A stretch of DNA of 64,000 nt from the NCBI RefSeq assembly GCF_009914755.1, contig NC_060928.1, one strand, 5' to 3'. Under the pieces are notes generated by a model. The model was not told where the DNA came from and searched no databases. It was given only the letters and a program-made list of their open reading frames with translations. The position numbers were made by a program, and so were the translations under genes. The stretch is from the human T2T-CHM13v2.0 reference genome, Homo sapiens. Position 1 is the first letter of the stretch; the number at the start of each line of letters is the position of its first letter. Below, in pieces: positions 46,530 through 59,779 of the stretch.

Positions 46530-47620
46530 ACACAATGCTCAGTCATAAACTCTTACTTAGATATGAACTAGTGATATCCTTTCTTCAACTTACCATATCA
46601 CTGGCTTGGCTTGGGGACATACACTTTTTGTCTTATATCACTGGCTGTTCTTTCTCAGTTTTATTAGCTACCATCTCACCTTTTCCAAATCTCTTAACAT
46701 TGAAGTATTTTGGGCTCAGGTCTTGGAGCTCAACTCCGTTCCACCTGTCATCACTCCTTTGATGAAATTGTCTACTTTCATGCCATTAAATAAACCTATA
46801 TGCCCACAAATCCAAAATCTATCTCCAGATTAAATTTTTTTGATATTCAGATGCTTATATCCAACTACCAAATTGACATTTACTTGTCATCTCCCAATGA
46901 ATATTTAGTAGATACATAAACTTTTGTTTATTTATTTAATGCAAGCTAACCACAAACAATATAAAAATGTCATCAGTAACAATAAAAATTAATATATCCA
47001 AAATCATAATCTGAATTTTTCCCCACTCTACTCAAAGGGAATCTTCCCATCTAAGTTGATGGCAACTTAATAACTCTAGCTGCACAGATCAAACACTTTG
47101 AAATCATTCTTGATTCTACGTTCAATCCATAAAAATATCAATAAATTCTTTCAAAACTCCATTATATCCAGGGCAAGCTGTTGCTTATATTCTCCATTAC
47201 TAATACTTAACATCTAAGCCACCAAATAAAGCACCATTTATTTGAATTAGTGTAATCATTTTCTAACAGGTCTTCATTTTGCTATATCTGATCCAACTCT
47301 AGTTTGTTCTTAAAGCATCAGCCAGAATTTTTATACATGAAAGTTTAATCATAACCGTCCTTTGTTCAAAATTCTGTATCACTTTTCTACTTTACTCAGA
47401 GTCAACATCCTACAAAGACCTAAAACACCCCATATAATATGGTTGCCCTTTTTCCTTTCTGTTCCTGTCTCTTACCATTTTCACCTTCACTCACTCTATT
47501 CCAGCCATACTGGTTCCTTTACTGTCAAGTAACACCAGGCATATTTCAACATACTTCCTTCTGCTTGGAAGTATCTTTCCCTGGCTAATTCCTTCAATCT
47601 CTCCACATTTTTACTCATAT
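46530..47620 (+). mobile_element. L2 fragments
   Basis: 'ccaaaatctatctccag...atatccaactacc', 'ctcactctattccagccatactggttcct'. Confidence 0.65.
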
Positions 47621-47680
47621 CATATATTTTCAGGATTATTGATTTTCATGATATTGTAGGCATTCTTACATTTACATTCT

Positions 47681-48130
47681 TGTAGTTTCAAATTCATCCT
47701 TCATTGCCAGGTGTGAGAATATAGAGGTGAGCTCTTTGAATATTTTCCCTTTGCTGGGTGGCATATTAACCCTTGTCAGGAGAGGACACTAGAGAGGCAT
47801 TGCTAGAGAAAGGAGTTTTTCTTTCATCTTCTTGTACACTGTCTCATCAGGATTCTGCAGAGCAAGGATTTTTCCAGTGCCTGGCTACTGGAGCATAAAT
47901 GGTTTCTTCAGTGCCAGATTCCTGTAGTATAATAATTTTCTCCAGCACTGGGATCCTGCAGAGCATTATGGTTATTTCAGTACCAGAAAAAAAGCTTCTC
48001 CTGACCTCACTCTTAGGGAATTCTATTTGTGAATATGTTTCCCCAACATCCTAAAGGGTGGATTCCAGTCTGGCCCACAATCAGAGCACCTAAGTGACTT
48101 CTCTGCCATTCAGTGCACCACAGACATGCA
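47681..48130. mobile_element. LTR33/LTR41-family ERVL LTR
   Basis: 'caaattcatccttcattgcc...ttccctttgctgggtggc...tgtcaggagaggacactagagag' plus degenerate ~33-bp 'tccagtgc..g..cctgcag' repeats. Confidence 0.6.
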
Positions 48131-49694
48131 CTCAAAAACAAGATATTATTTGCCATATTCAAGTTATTGATTTGCAATAATTTTTAGAATATGTTTAATT
48201 AGGAAACTCCACTTTTGTGAACAGAAAACAATATTATTAAATATTTTAAAATATAGCTGTCATGGGCATATTTTATCTATCTTTTCATGTACTTTTAAAC
48301 ATTACACATTTGTATCAAATGGACTAAACACTTTTATTATTCTTAACAATGACTCCCATACAATCAGCCATGCTATGCATATTGAGCAACACATGAAAAG
48401 TTGAAATTTATGATACAGCCATAGCTCTAAAGAGTCTGTTATTTTTCATCGTTAACTATTTTGGTCACCAACTTGGTGACTGATTATCTAGCTAACCTAA
48501 CCAAATACAGGTTTAGCAAATACAATGCATTGTTTTCCTAAAGTTTAAATAGAAAATTATTTAAACAAATAGTATAAATATATTTTAAGTGCTGTAAAAG
48601 TGAAAGAGTAATAAAATCTCAGCAATCTGGCAAAATGAAATAGAGAAAAAGAGGGGGAAATGAAAAAATAAGCAAAGAGAGAAAGAGAGAGGGAATGAAG
48701 CTATGGAGATAAATTTCACTAAGTATTCCCTGCTACCCTATTATTATATTCTTCAGCCAGTTTTTTTTTTTTTTTTTTTTTTTCAAAAAGCAGTGGCCTA
48801 GAGCTGAGAACTAGATTTTTGCTTTTGTGATCAAAACCCAGTTGCCTGATACTGCCAATATTTTGTGTGCTGGAAACACAGTTAAATGATAATAAAACAG
48901 CAGTATTGAAGATGTTCCAGCTCATATTCATTTGACAATATGAAAATATAGTACAACTTGGTTGTAACTGCTGTCAGACTTTTAAATGGTCCTTACACAC
49001 ATACTCATTCTAAATTTATTTTTTCTACAATTTGTGATAGTGTCACTAGCCAGGAAACCACCAGGAAACAACCGAAAACCATTTTTGGTAAATTGGGAGT
49101 CTTTAATGTTGGGAATGCTATGCCTAAAAGTATTGTTATACTACAAGCTGATTTATAGTAGTGCTGTTTGTTATTTACGGTGTTATTAAATAAATCTGCT
49201 GTATTTTTTGTGGTTTACCAAGTGCTTTATGTAAAATTCTGAATGGTGATTTAACACAGCTCTCTAAATAATTCTTCTCTTCTCTGTGGCTCCTGATGCT
49301 GACTTTGATTTAGGATGTCAGTATGAAGATGAGAGGCTTTCATATAAAAAAGCAATATTTTATGGGTAGATATCTTCCAACAGTAGCAATGCTAGTCATT
49401 GAACTGTTCTCATTGAGGAGCTAAAATGCCAACCGGCATTGTCAGAGACTAAATGTAGAATTACTGGTCTCCACAGTTCTCAAAATCTCATTCAATATCC
49501 CACAGCCAAGACCACCTCTGAAGCTCACTTAACTTCCATTCATGTTGAGAATAGCGCCAGTCAAATCTGACAGAAAGAAATGGGTCTATCTTAAGTAATA
49601 AGCAAGCTGGTGTTCTTTTGTTTCATTCTTTTCATCCAATGACAATTATAAAGGTAAATTTCCTAGGTTTCAAGGAACAAGGTTACTTGGTGTA

Positions 49695-50250
49695 TGTGAT
49701 CATTGATTTTATGTGTCTCCTTGGCTGGGTTAAGTGAAACCAAGGTAGGTGATAAAACATTATTTCTGAGTGTGTCTGTGATGATGTTTCTAAAGGAGAT
49801 TAACATTTGAATGGGTAGACTGATTAAAGAGGAATGCCCTCACCAATGTAGGTGGGCATTTTCCAATTCATTAAGGGCCCAAATACAACAAAAAGGTGAA
49901 GAAAGGGTGAATTTGCTCTTTGCTTGAGCTGGGCCATTCGTCTTCCTTTGCCCTTGTCCATTGGCCTTCCTGTGTCTTGTGCCTTTCTGTGTGGACTGGA
50001 ACTACACTGCCAGCTCCTCTGGGTTCTAGCTTATAGAGAGTAGATCAAGGGACTTCTCAGCCTCCACAAGCAAGTAAACCAACCCCTCATAATAAATCTC
50101 TTTTTCTATATTTAGGTTGGTGCAAGAGTAATTGCGGTTTTTGCCATTGCTTTCATTGAAATATATCTAAATAGATATATCTAAATATACCTAAATACAT
50201 CACTATATGTCCTATTGGTTCTATTTCTCTGGAAAACCTTGAAAAACACA
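49695..50250 (+). mobile_element. MLT2D-like ERVL solo LTR with a MADE1 insertion
   Basis: 'tgtgat..ttgattttatgtgtc...gccctcaccaatgtaggtgggcat...cctattggttctatttctctggaaaacct...aca'; TSD gtgta / gtgtg. Confidence 0.88.
50112..50160. mobile_element. MADE1 half element
   Basis: 'ttaggttggtgcaagagtaattgcggtttttgccattgctttcattg'. Confidence 0.85.
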
Positions 50251-52534
50251 GTGTGATATTTTTTATTTGATATTTTGTGGATCCAAATGTAAACAATTTT
50301 GTCACCAATTGTGTCAACAATTTTATCTATTAATAATGGCAATATTAAGTGAACAGTCAGTAAATGTGATCAATCCAACTAGGTGATAGGCCTTAGTTGA
50401 TTAAAGCCTTTTTAATAATTGATAATAATACTATTGTCAGATTGGCTATGTGACATTACTTATCAATCATTATGGTTATCCAATTAAGAGACTCATGCCA
50501 TTTTGGATCTACTGTAATCTTTTGCATATTTTAAAATGTTACCCATGTTAATTAGTTTGCATAATTAGATTAAAAAGTTTTTTAAAATGATGAAAGATAA
50601 CCACATTTACCCCAGTGATTTTGTTTGTTTAAGCCTATGGACCAAAAAGTAGGTTCTGAGAGTCATTCAACTTGTTATATTTGGGAACTAGCCACTTGGT
50701 CCATTTTCAATTGGAAATTATAAGGAGTGATCTTTCATGGCTCTGATATCCAGGATTCTTGTAAATTAAATGTATACACATACTATGTACCCATAACAAT
50801 TAAAAACTTAAAAAATAAATTTTAAATATTGTATGCTGAAGCTTTACTTGATTGAAAGGCCCAGGCATAATGAATCTTGAATTTATTCTAGCTGAATGTT
50901 TTCAGATATAAGTTAACTAGTCTCATTATTGAATTTTATAGCATATATATCATCAAAAATATTAATAATTTTATTGGACATAATTTATAAATATGCAGAT
51001 TTGTCATCAGGGTAAATGAAGCATCTGTTTAAAATTAGCTTTTACACAAAATGTAGACTTCTTTTTCTAGATAAAAAACTCTAAATTAGTTCATTCACTT
51101 TTGTGTACTTGTAAAAAGCAAGGTTGTCTCGATAACAGTACATGTTTCAGTTTATACATGTAACTCTAGATATACTGTAATTTCCTCTCTCTATTCCTCC
51201 CTTTCCTGTTTTTCTTTTTAAAATTCCTCCTTGTTTCACCCAAATATTGGTTTCCATTGCTTCTCAGCCTCTGTTTTAATGCTGGAAAAAGATTTCCTAC
51301 CTTGATGAATGAGCTCTGCCACAGCTTATATACTTTGATGCCCTGGTGCTTCTTGGAGTAATAATGAGAACTGCTGCTTCCTAATAGGTATTGCTGCTAA
51401 CTCTAGAGAGAAAAGGGATTTTACAAGATGATTTATTGACTACACAACATGATTCCCAAACTGATTTGCTGGCTGGCAAGTAACAATAATATTACCAGTT
51501 GATATTAAACTTACATAAATGGAAAGTTAATATAGAAGCTGATTTTTAAAAAAATATTTCTGTACTGACATATCTAAAATGAAAAGATCTTAGCCCTATC
51601 TTAATGGTTTGCAGGCTTGAAAATCAACTGCATGTAATATAAGTAGCCAAATACCTGATGTTTGTGATAGCTCATAGATAACCTTGAAAGAATAATTATC
51701 TTCAGACCTATCCAATTCCTTGTCTTGATTTGCCTCATCCCAACAGACTCTTAAAATTTGTGTTCCTATACCTCTGATAATGACATTTTTATCAGAATAC
51801 AACATAAAATGCCATGTACCCGTCTATTAAATGTCTTGAACAACATCCCAGCCCACAGAAATAAATTCAAATCTTATCATATTAAGCATACTCTAAAAAA
51901 GAATATTTTCTCTCTGCTCTTTAAGGTGGAAGTGAAATGAAGAAAGTTTAAATGATCACTACATGATGTGAGTGAGTGGGTGTGTCCTACTTAATTCTAG
52001 CAATAGAGTTGGGAGGTGGGGGTATTTTTTTTTTTTTTGTAGACCCAGACTGAGATTCCAAAAGGAGAAACAATTTGTCTTAAATCCACAGAGCTATTAA
52101 AATTGAAATTAAAATCTAGGTCAATCTAACTTTATGACCAATGTCCTTTGCTTTATTTTAATACGTACAGCAACATTATTTAGTATAGTGACTATTACTG
52201 ACATATAATTGTAAGAAAATGCATATGTTAAGATAAAGCATATTAGGGAAACATTTATAATTTGTTTGCTTTTGACTTCTGTGGATTCACCAAGAAAAAA
52301 AAATCAAGCATCTACTTTCTGCACCAGTAAAGTATACAAAAGATTTTATATTTTATTCTATGTAGCACAATTCATCAGAGGTTTCTGAAGAGGAGGAGGT
52401 CTATAGTTTAGATAGAACGTTTGCCACTCTCTGCCACCCATTAGTAGCTTTTCTTCCAAAGATTTTGAGCAGAAAAATCTCTGATTAACTCAAAATACGT
52501 CAAAGTAGCATCACTGGTCACATATATACTCTTC

Positions 52535-52670
52535 ATTTTATAGATGAGACATTTGATACCTAGTGAAGGGAATTACCTGAGTTTACATTACAGACAGTTA
52601 GAGGGAGCTCTGGGATTCTAAGCTGTGCTTCCTGATTCCCTGAACAAAGTTATTTGCACTTTACCAAGCT
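52535..52670 (-). mobile_element. MIR fragment
   Basis: 'cattttatagatgag...gggattctaagc...cctgattcc'. Confidence 0.55.
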
Positions 52671-53449
52671 GCTTTTCTGATATTCGACTAGCTTTGGAAA
52701 CAGTAGATTCTAAGGGCTATGAATCCAAATGCTTGTACATTTGGCTTTTCCTTTGTACATTTTATAATAGCTCAGTGGCTGTGTAGAAGGTAATCTACTT
52801 CTCAGTGTGCATGTTCTTTTACTACGGGCAATAATCTACTGAGTTCTGGAGTTCCCATAATATAAGCAACTCCCTTTGTGACTTTCAATTGCTGTAGGTT
52901 GGTAACGGTGCTTGGCACTTTAATAATTAGTCTACAGGGAGCTTTAATAGAGTAGGGCAACTGTTTTAATTAACTTAATCCCCAGAACATGAGTTGACCA
53001 TTAGACATCAAATCACAGTTTAGCTCCAAGAGTATTTGAACTCTGAGGAAATCACATTTGTAACTACAGTGGGGATAACATTATCTCTTGTTATAAAACA
53101 ATGCAGCTGCAACCGATTTGGCTTCACTGGCCTCTGACACTGTGGTAAATGAAAGCCAATATTTCCATTGGAATGAATGTATAATGGAAACGGCTTAAGA
53201 GTTTGGCTTTGGGTAGTGTAGAAATGATGTGTGCTGGCCTAATTTATGAGAAGCAAAAGATGAATAGAAAGGAATAGCCATTTTAAAACTTGCAGACTGC
53301 TTGTTTTCAGCTGAATAAAGAAATGCATGTTACAAAGCAACTTAACAGGCCAATTCGGCTCAAAAGAGCAATATCTCAATAACTCATTTTATGCTCGGAT
53401 AACTTAATTTATGTTACCTTTTTTAAACTGTGGAATTATTTTAGTCACT

Positions 53450-54150
53450 CAGTTATTTGTTCAAATATCTTTATTATACACAAACTACCTATGAGGGAAA
53501 TGCTAGGTGCAGAGAATATGAAGACAAGCATTTTCAACAATAATAAAATTGCAATCTAGAGTTTATAAAATATGTTTTCATCTACATAAAGGAGTTTTGT
53601 CCTCACCTTAAATTAAATAGATTATTTCATTGGTTCATATATTATTTTCTGCATTTGACATATATTTTAAATATCTATTGTAAAAGGCAATATAGGAGGC
53701 ACTGGAGGTGAAAATGAATAAGAAACGTAAGGTGACTTTCAAGAACATAAAGTGAAGTACAAAAGACAAACATGTAAAGTGGCAATTTAAATACTGTGTA
53801 ATTAAGTTGGATAATAATGCTAATTACAGGGTACCACAAGAGGACATTAGAAGGAGACATACCTAGTCCTGAAATTCTAAAAGATTTTAAAGATGAAATG
53901 ATAGTTGAACTAAAAAGCTGAAGATCAAGAGGTTATCATCAGACCTAAGAGTTGGCTAAAGCTGTTTCAGGCAAAATGAGTAAATACACCAAGACCTAGA
54001 TTCAAGAGAAAAGTTGCCTGGTTTCTAATCTTAAGGAGATTCTTGGTGCTGGAATAGAAAATATAGAGATAAAGCTAGAGGAGTGATTATATCATGAAGA
54101 CTCTTTTAAGTTTTGCTATAAAATGTATACTTAATCATAAACAGCATATG
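53450..54150 (-). mobile_element. L2 fragments
   Basis: 'atttgttcaaatatctttatt...tgctaggtgcagagaatat', 'gtttcaggcaaaatgag'. Confidence 0.5.
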
Positions 54151-54199
54151 AAACCACAATGAAGAATATTAAGCAAGGAAACTTATAAGCAATGAACAA

Positions 54200-54422
54200 G
54201 CAAACGGAATAATATAGTTTAATAGCATATGTTCCAAATAGTACCTTAACATGTAATAAATATAAAATGTACTAATGATATAGCTTACATTATTTTTATT
54301 ATTATGTGTTTGGAGTTTGATGTGTATTTTAGACATGTTGCACATATAAATTTGGATTAGATACATTTCAAGTGTTCATTAACTGCACATAGCAAGTAGC
54401 TACCTCATTAGACAGTGCAACT
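54200..54422. mobile_element. MER33-like hAT-Charlie fragment
   Basis: 'tgtgtattttagacat..gcacat...ttggattagatacatttcaagtgttc...tagctacc..attagacagtgca'. Confidence 0.7.
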
Positions 54423-54564
54423 CTAAGTCTTACCTAGCAAACCTCTAAGTCTGAAAGAACCTACCTCAGTCTAGTCCTTTCTGAAACTGGATAGATAAGT
54501 TTGCCTAATTCTGGAATTTAGAGAACTGGCACATTTGGGTTCACACCAAACCACATCTGCAAAT

Positions 54565-54760
54565 TAAATGATAAATGATTATAATAAAATAATATTAAAT
54601 GATGAATAATGTTATTTGTTAAATGATAATTTTATTTTTATTAAATGATAATATTTGATGATATTTACCTTCATTTAATATTATTACTTAATAAATAATA
54701 AATTTATCATCAAATAATAGTATCAAATAATATGAAGTGATAAATGATTAATAATATTTT
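54565..54760. repeat. AT-rich degenerate 'aaatgataa' low-complexity tract
   Basis: Repeated aaatgat/tgataa words. Confidence 0.7.
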
Positions 54761-56503
54761 GGCAATTATCTGAACATTCTTTGAACTTTCTATTTCCTTA
54801 GAATATATGTGGGGAAATGATTTCGTTTATTGGATGTCTCCTTGGGAACTTCAATTAACAAGAATTAAAGGATGAGAAGTAAGTCAGAATTATAACAAAA
54901 TTTTCTGGCAATTGGAAGAATAATTCCCCAATCCTTAAAATCAAAGAACATAATATAAGAAGTAGATGGAGGGGATCATGACAGTTTCTGTTCTGTTCAG
55001 GATAATTATAGCCTTAAGAAATCAATTCAGTAAAGTTGCAGGATACAAAATCAACATACAGAGTTGTGTTTCTATATACTAGACACAAACTATGTCAAAA
55101 AAAAATTAAGAAAACATTCCCAAATCCATAGCATCAAAAACAATAAAATGGTTTTTTTGGTTAAAAAATAATTTTAACCAAAAAGCTAAAATATTTCCAA
55201 GAAAACTATGAAACACTGATAAAAGAAATTGAAGGAAACACAATGAACATATATCATGGTCACAGATTAGAAGAATTAATAGTTAAAATACCCATACTAC
55301 TCAAAGTGCTCCACAAATTTAATGTATTCTCTATTAAACTTTCTGTTGCATTTCTCACAGAAATAGAAAAAAAAAAAATCCTATCTTTTTTATGGAACCA
55401 CAAAAGACCCCGAAAAACCAAAACAATATTGAGAAAGAGGGAAAAAGCTGGAGGCGTCACACTTCCTGATTTCAAACAATATTTCCAATATATAGTAATC
55501 AAAACAGTATTGCAATGGCATAAAAACAGACACATAGACAAATGGAACATAGCAGAGAGCCAAGAAATAAACCTACACATACACAGTGAACTTATCTTTG
55601 AAAAGGGTGCTAAGAATACATGATAGGGAAGGGTTATTCTCTTCCATAAATGATGTTGGGGAAAAGATATTCAGATGCAAAAATGAATTTGGACTTTTAT
55701 CTTACACTAAATATTAAAATTAATTGGAAATGAATTAAAGAGTGTAATATAAGACCCGATGCCCTAAAACTCCTAGAAGAAAACATAGGTTAAAAAAAAA
55801 AACAAAACTCTGTGCAGTGGTTTTTGCAATAATTTTTTAAAATATGACATGAAAAGTATGGATAACAAAAGAAAAAATATAGCGGAACTACACCAAACTA
55901 GAAAGTGTCTTCTTCACAGCAAAGAAAACAGTCAACAAAATGAAAAAGCGAGCTACAGAATGGGAGAAAATATTTTCAAAGCAAATATCCGATAAAGGGT
56001 TAATATCAAAAAATATAAATAGATACTATAATTTGATTCAAAAATACAAATAACCCCATTAAAATATGGGCAAAGGACCTAAATGTACATTTTTTCCAAA
56101 GAAGACATATAAATGGCCAACAGACATATAAAAAGCTGTTCAACATCACTATTCATCAAGAAAATGCAAATCAAAACCACAATGGGATATCACTTCGCAC
56201 CTATAAAGATGGCTATTATCAAAAAGACAAGAAATACAAGACAAGTGTTGGCAAGAATGTGGAGAAAAGGGAATCCTTGCACACTGTAAATGAGGTCATA
56301 AATTAGTGCAGCCATTATGAAAAACAGTATTACGGTTCCTCAAAATTTAAACATAGAACTACCATATGTATGATCCAGCAATCTCATTTCTGGGTATACA
56401 TTTAAAGGAAATCAAATTAGTGTTTTTATTCCTATGTTTATTGCAGCATTAGTCACAATAGTAAAGATATGAAAACAATTTAAACAATTTGTGTTTATCA
56501 ATA

Positions 56504-56860
56504 ACGCCTGTAATCCCAGCACTTTGGGAGGCTGAGGCAGGCGGATCACGAGGTCAAGAGATCGAGACCATCCTGGCTAATACGGTGAAACCCCATCTCC
56601 ACTAAAAATACAAAAAAAATTAGCCGGGCGTTGTGGTGGGCGCCTGTAATACCGGCTACTCCGGAGGCTGAGGCGAGAGAATGGAGGGAATCCGGGAGGC
56701 GGAGCTTGCAGTGAGCTGAGATCCCGCCACTGCACTCCCGTCTGCGTCTGCGAGACTGCGAGACTGCGAGACTGCGAGACTGCGAGACTGCGAGACTGCG
56801 AGACTGCGAGACTGCGAGACTCCGTCTCAAAAAAAAAAAAAAAAACAAAAAAAAAACAAA
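56504..56860 (+). mobile_element. 5'-truncated AluY-like element with a rearranged 3' end and no TSD
   Basis: 'gagatcgagaccatcctggctaa.acggtg', 'gagaatgg', 'ggcggagcttgcagtgag'; long A tail. Confidence 0.95.
56750..56821. repeat. Perfect tandem repeat (GCGAGACT)x9
   Basis: 72 bp counted directly: 9 exact 8-mers. Confidence 0.97.
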
Positions 56861-57427
56861 TCCTGACATTTTTGACAACATGGCTCAACCTGGAGGACAT
56901 TATGCAAACTGAATTAAGCTAGGTACAGAAAGACACATATTGCATGATATTATTTATATGTGGAATCTAAAAAATTCAAACTCATAGAAGCAGAGAGTTG
57001 AAAGTTGGTTGCCAGTGGCTGGGGAGTGGGGTAAATGGGAAGGTATTGTCCTTAAGGTACAAGCTTTCAGTTATAATTTGAATAAATTCTGGGGATCTAA
57101 TGTACAGTATGATTATTATAGTTAATATTACATTGTTTACTTAAAATATGCTAAGAGATTGGATCTTAAATGTTCTCATCTCTCTCCGTCTCTCTTTCTC
57201 TCTCTGTCCCTCACACACACACACAATGACAGCTATGTGTGGTAATGGATCTGTGAATCAATTTGATTGAAGTAGTCATTTCGCAGTATGTACGTATATC
57301 AAATTAAGAAAACACTCCCACATTCAATAGCATCAAAAACATGTAAAATTTTGTCAGTTATGTTAGTAAAGCCAAAAAAAACTTAAAAATAACACTAGCT
57401 TGTGGGAACAACTACATCCCCCACTAA

Positions 57428-57800
<373 letters not shown>

Positions 57801-57899
57801 CAATAAATATATTTTTTAAAAAGAACATTTATTTAAATTTCTAAAGATAGACATCAGGCTGCTGGTAAGTCTTCTCATTTTAAATCAACAAATATAAAC

Positions 57900-58440
57900 A
57901 GGAAGTTTGATATAGGAATGCACTTGGGTAATAAAATAAAAAATTATGATATGGTTATTATAATCCTGCTTTCAAAGGACATACAATCAACAGGTGAGAC
58001 AAAGCTGTGCAATGTTGACTGTATATTAGGATGAGTGATGTGTGTAGCTAATCAAAATATGAAAATAAAATGTGCCACCAGAAATGATCTGCATTTTCGC
58101 ACTCAGATATTCGGGAATATTTGCAAAGGAAGGGGTGTTTTAGGTGAGCCTTAAAGGATGAAAAGGATAAGCATAGATTGAGGTGGAGGGCAATCTAGGG
58201 TAAGAATAGCTTCTGGGCATGGCCTGCTCAGTGTCTATAATGAAGACATTGTCGCAGGATCTTTATAAGAACATAGGAGGGGATGGGATTAGAAAGGACT
58301 GTGGTCGCAAACAAAAGGAGATTTGCAATGTCTTGTTGAAGATTTCAAAATTTATAGTATAGTTAATGATGTATTATTGTACAAGTTGGACTATGATGTA
58401 AGAGTAACTATGTTGTGAAAGAATGCTTAGAGCTTGAGGT
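57900..58440 (-). mobile_element. L2 fragments
   Basis: 'cctgctttcaaagga', 'tgagccttaaaggatga..aggat'. Confidence 0.55.
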
Positions 58441-58469
58441 GACATATCTTTAGGTGGAATATTTTCCCT

Positions 58470-58659
58470 TATTTTATATTTTTATTTTTATTTACTCATT
58501 TTTAGAGATGGAGGCTCACTCTGTTGCCCAGGCTGGAGTGCAGCTGCTCAATCATAACTCATTGCAGCCTCAAACTCCTGGGCTCAAGTGATCCTCCTAA
58601 CTCAAACCCCCACTCCCCCACAAGTAGCTGGGACTACAGTGTGCCACCATGTCTGGCTC
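58470..58659 (-). mobile_element. Alu monomer (FRAM/FAM or AluJ right arm)
   Basis: 'cactctgttgcccaggctggagtgcag...ctcctgggctcaagtgatcctcc...tagctgggactacag'; single arm flanked by 'ttatttta'. Confidence 0.85.
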
Positions 58660-59779
58660 TTTTATTTTAAAGGTGAAGGAATAGACATATAGAGGTTCTC
58701 TAAGTTAACCAAAGGTTGTATAACAGGCTGAAAGTGGTGGACTTGACTATTATAGTCAGAAACTCTGACTCTTTGAGTCAATGTTTTTTTTTTACCACTG
58801 CCCCTTTCTCTGCCTCTTTGGAGAACAGATGACTGTAGCAAAAAATAATAATTATTATAACATGATGAGTATTATGCACAAGTAGAGATGTAGGTTGCTT
58901 AGGGCCTAAGCATTGCTTTGGTGTGTTGGTGAGGAGAATAAGAGAAGGAGAGGAGTTAAGATCATTTCAAAATTATTCTGCATGAGTAAAAGGCTTTGTA
59001 GATAGTAAACCAAGAAAGGAGAAGTAGGAATAGAGGCAACAGCTCTCTGTAGCTTGTTTGCATATATTTTTCCACAATAGATTTGTTGGGTTAAGACCAG
59101 CAAGACATTTGTTTGGTGATATTTAGCAGTTCGACTATTCTTAGATGCTCCATTTATTCATAAAATCACCAGATGAACATTTTTATCTTGGGAAGTTCCA
59201 TTTCCCTTTATGTATGTAGTCATAGTCATTTTAGAGTCATAGCCACAGATAAACACTCAGACCCACAAACACAGGAAGAGTCCCTCCTTTACTCTGAATG
59301 TTAAATGGCTGAGAGATATTAATTGGTAATTTGGAACAATAAGCTCAGGAGCATTGTATTGTAATGTTACCAGCTTTAATAAAGGTGGGAAATAATTCAG
59401 ATTTTTTTTTCTATTTGACTGTACCCATAGAGCTTTTTTATATACAAGAATACTTAATATATAAAAAATCTGAATACTGTCTTTTGTTATTTTGCAAAAT
59501 CTTCTGCAGTAGTTTAAAATATTGGGCCTAATTCTGAACTTGTTCTTGGATGTAGGTTCTTTAGCATGTGATTTTAAAGTAACTCCTAGGAAAGATGAAA
59601 TATACTCTACTGCTATTTACTTTGGCTTCTTCCATAGAACTTGCTTTTTTTAATGGGATTTGGGCAAAAATGACCTTGCATAAACTCTTAGTTTAATCCT
59701 TAAGCAATCTTGTGTATTTCAACGAATGCTCTTGTGCTTGTATCTTCACTAAGAAAATAAAACAGCCTTAGTCATGCCC

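Larger units (their letters stand above)
55018..57390 (+). mobile_element. Old LINE-1 (L1MA8-10/L1MB-like) ORF2 end and 3'UTR
   Basis: ORF 55243-55623 KAGGVTLPDFKQY..IVIKTV..WHKNRHIDKWN; 3' end 'ggatcttaaatgttctca...tttgtcagtta...taaagc'. Confidence 0.9.

Noticed and set aside
49470-49580. Minus-strand acceptor 'tttctttctgtcag' followed by a short open frame
   Set aside because: All frames stop within about 25 codons, with no convincing donor or known peptide.
56504-56735. Assigning the Alu to Ya5 or to a non-human primate subfamily
   Set aside because: It has 'gagatcccgccac' but lacks other Ya5 diagnostics; neither subfamily nor species can be fixed without alignment.
56546-56900. ORFs with (SRSLAVSQ)n repeats
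   Set aside because: Merely the translation of the (GCGAGACT)9 array in an antisense Alu.
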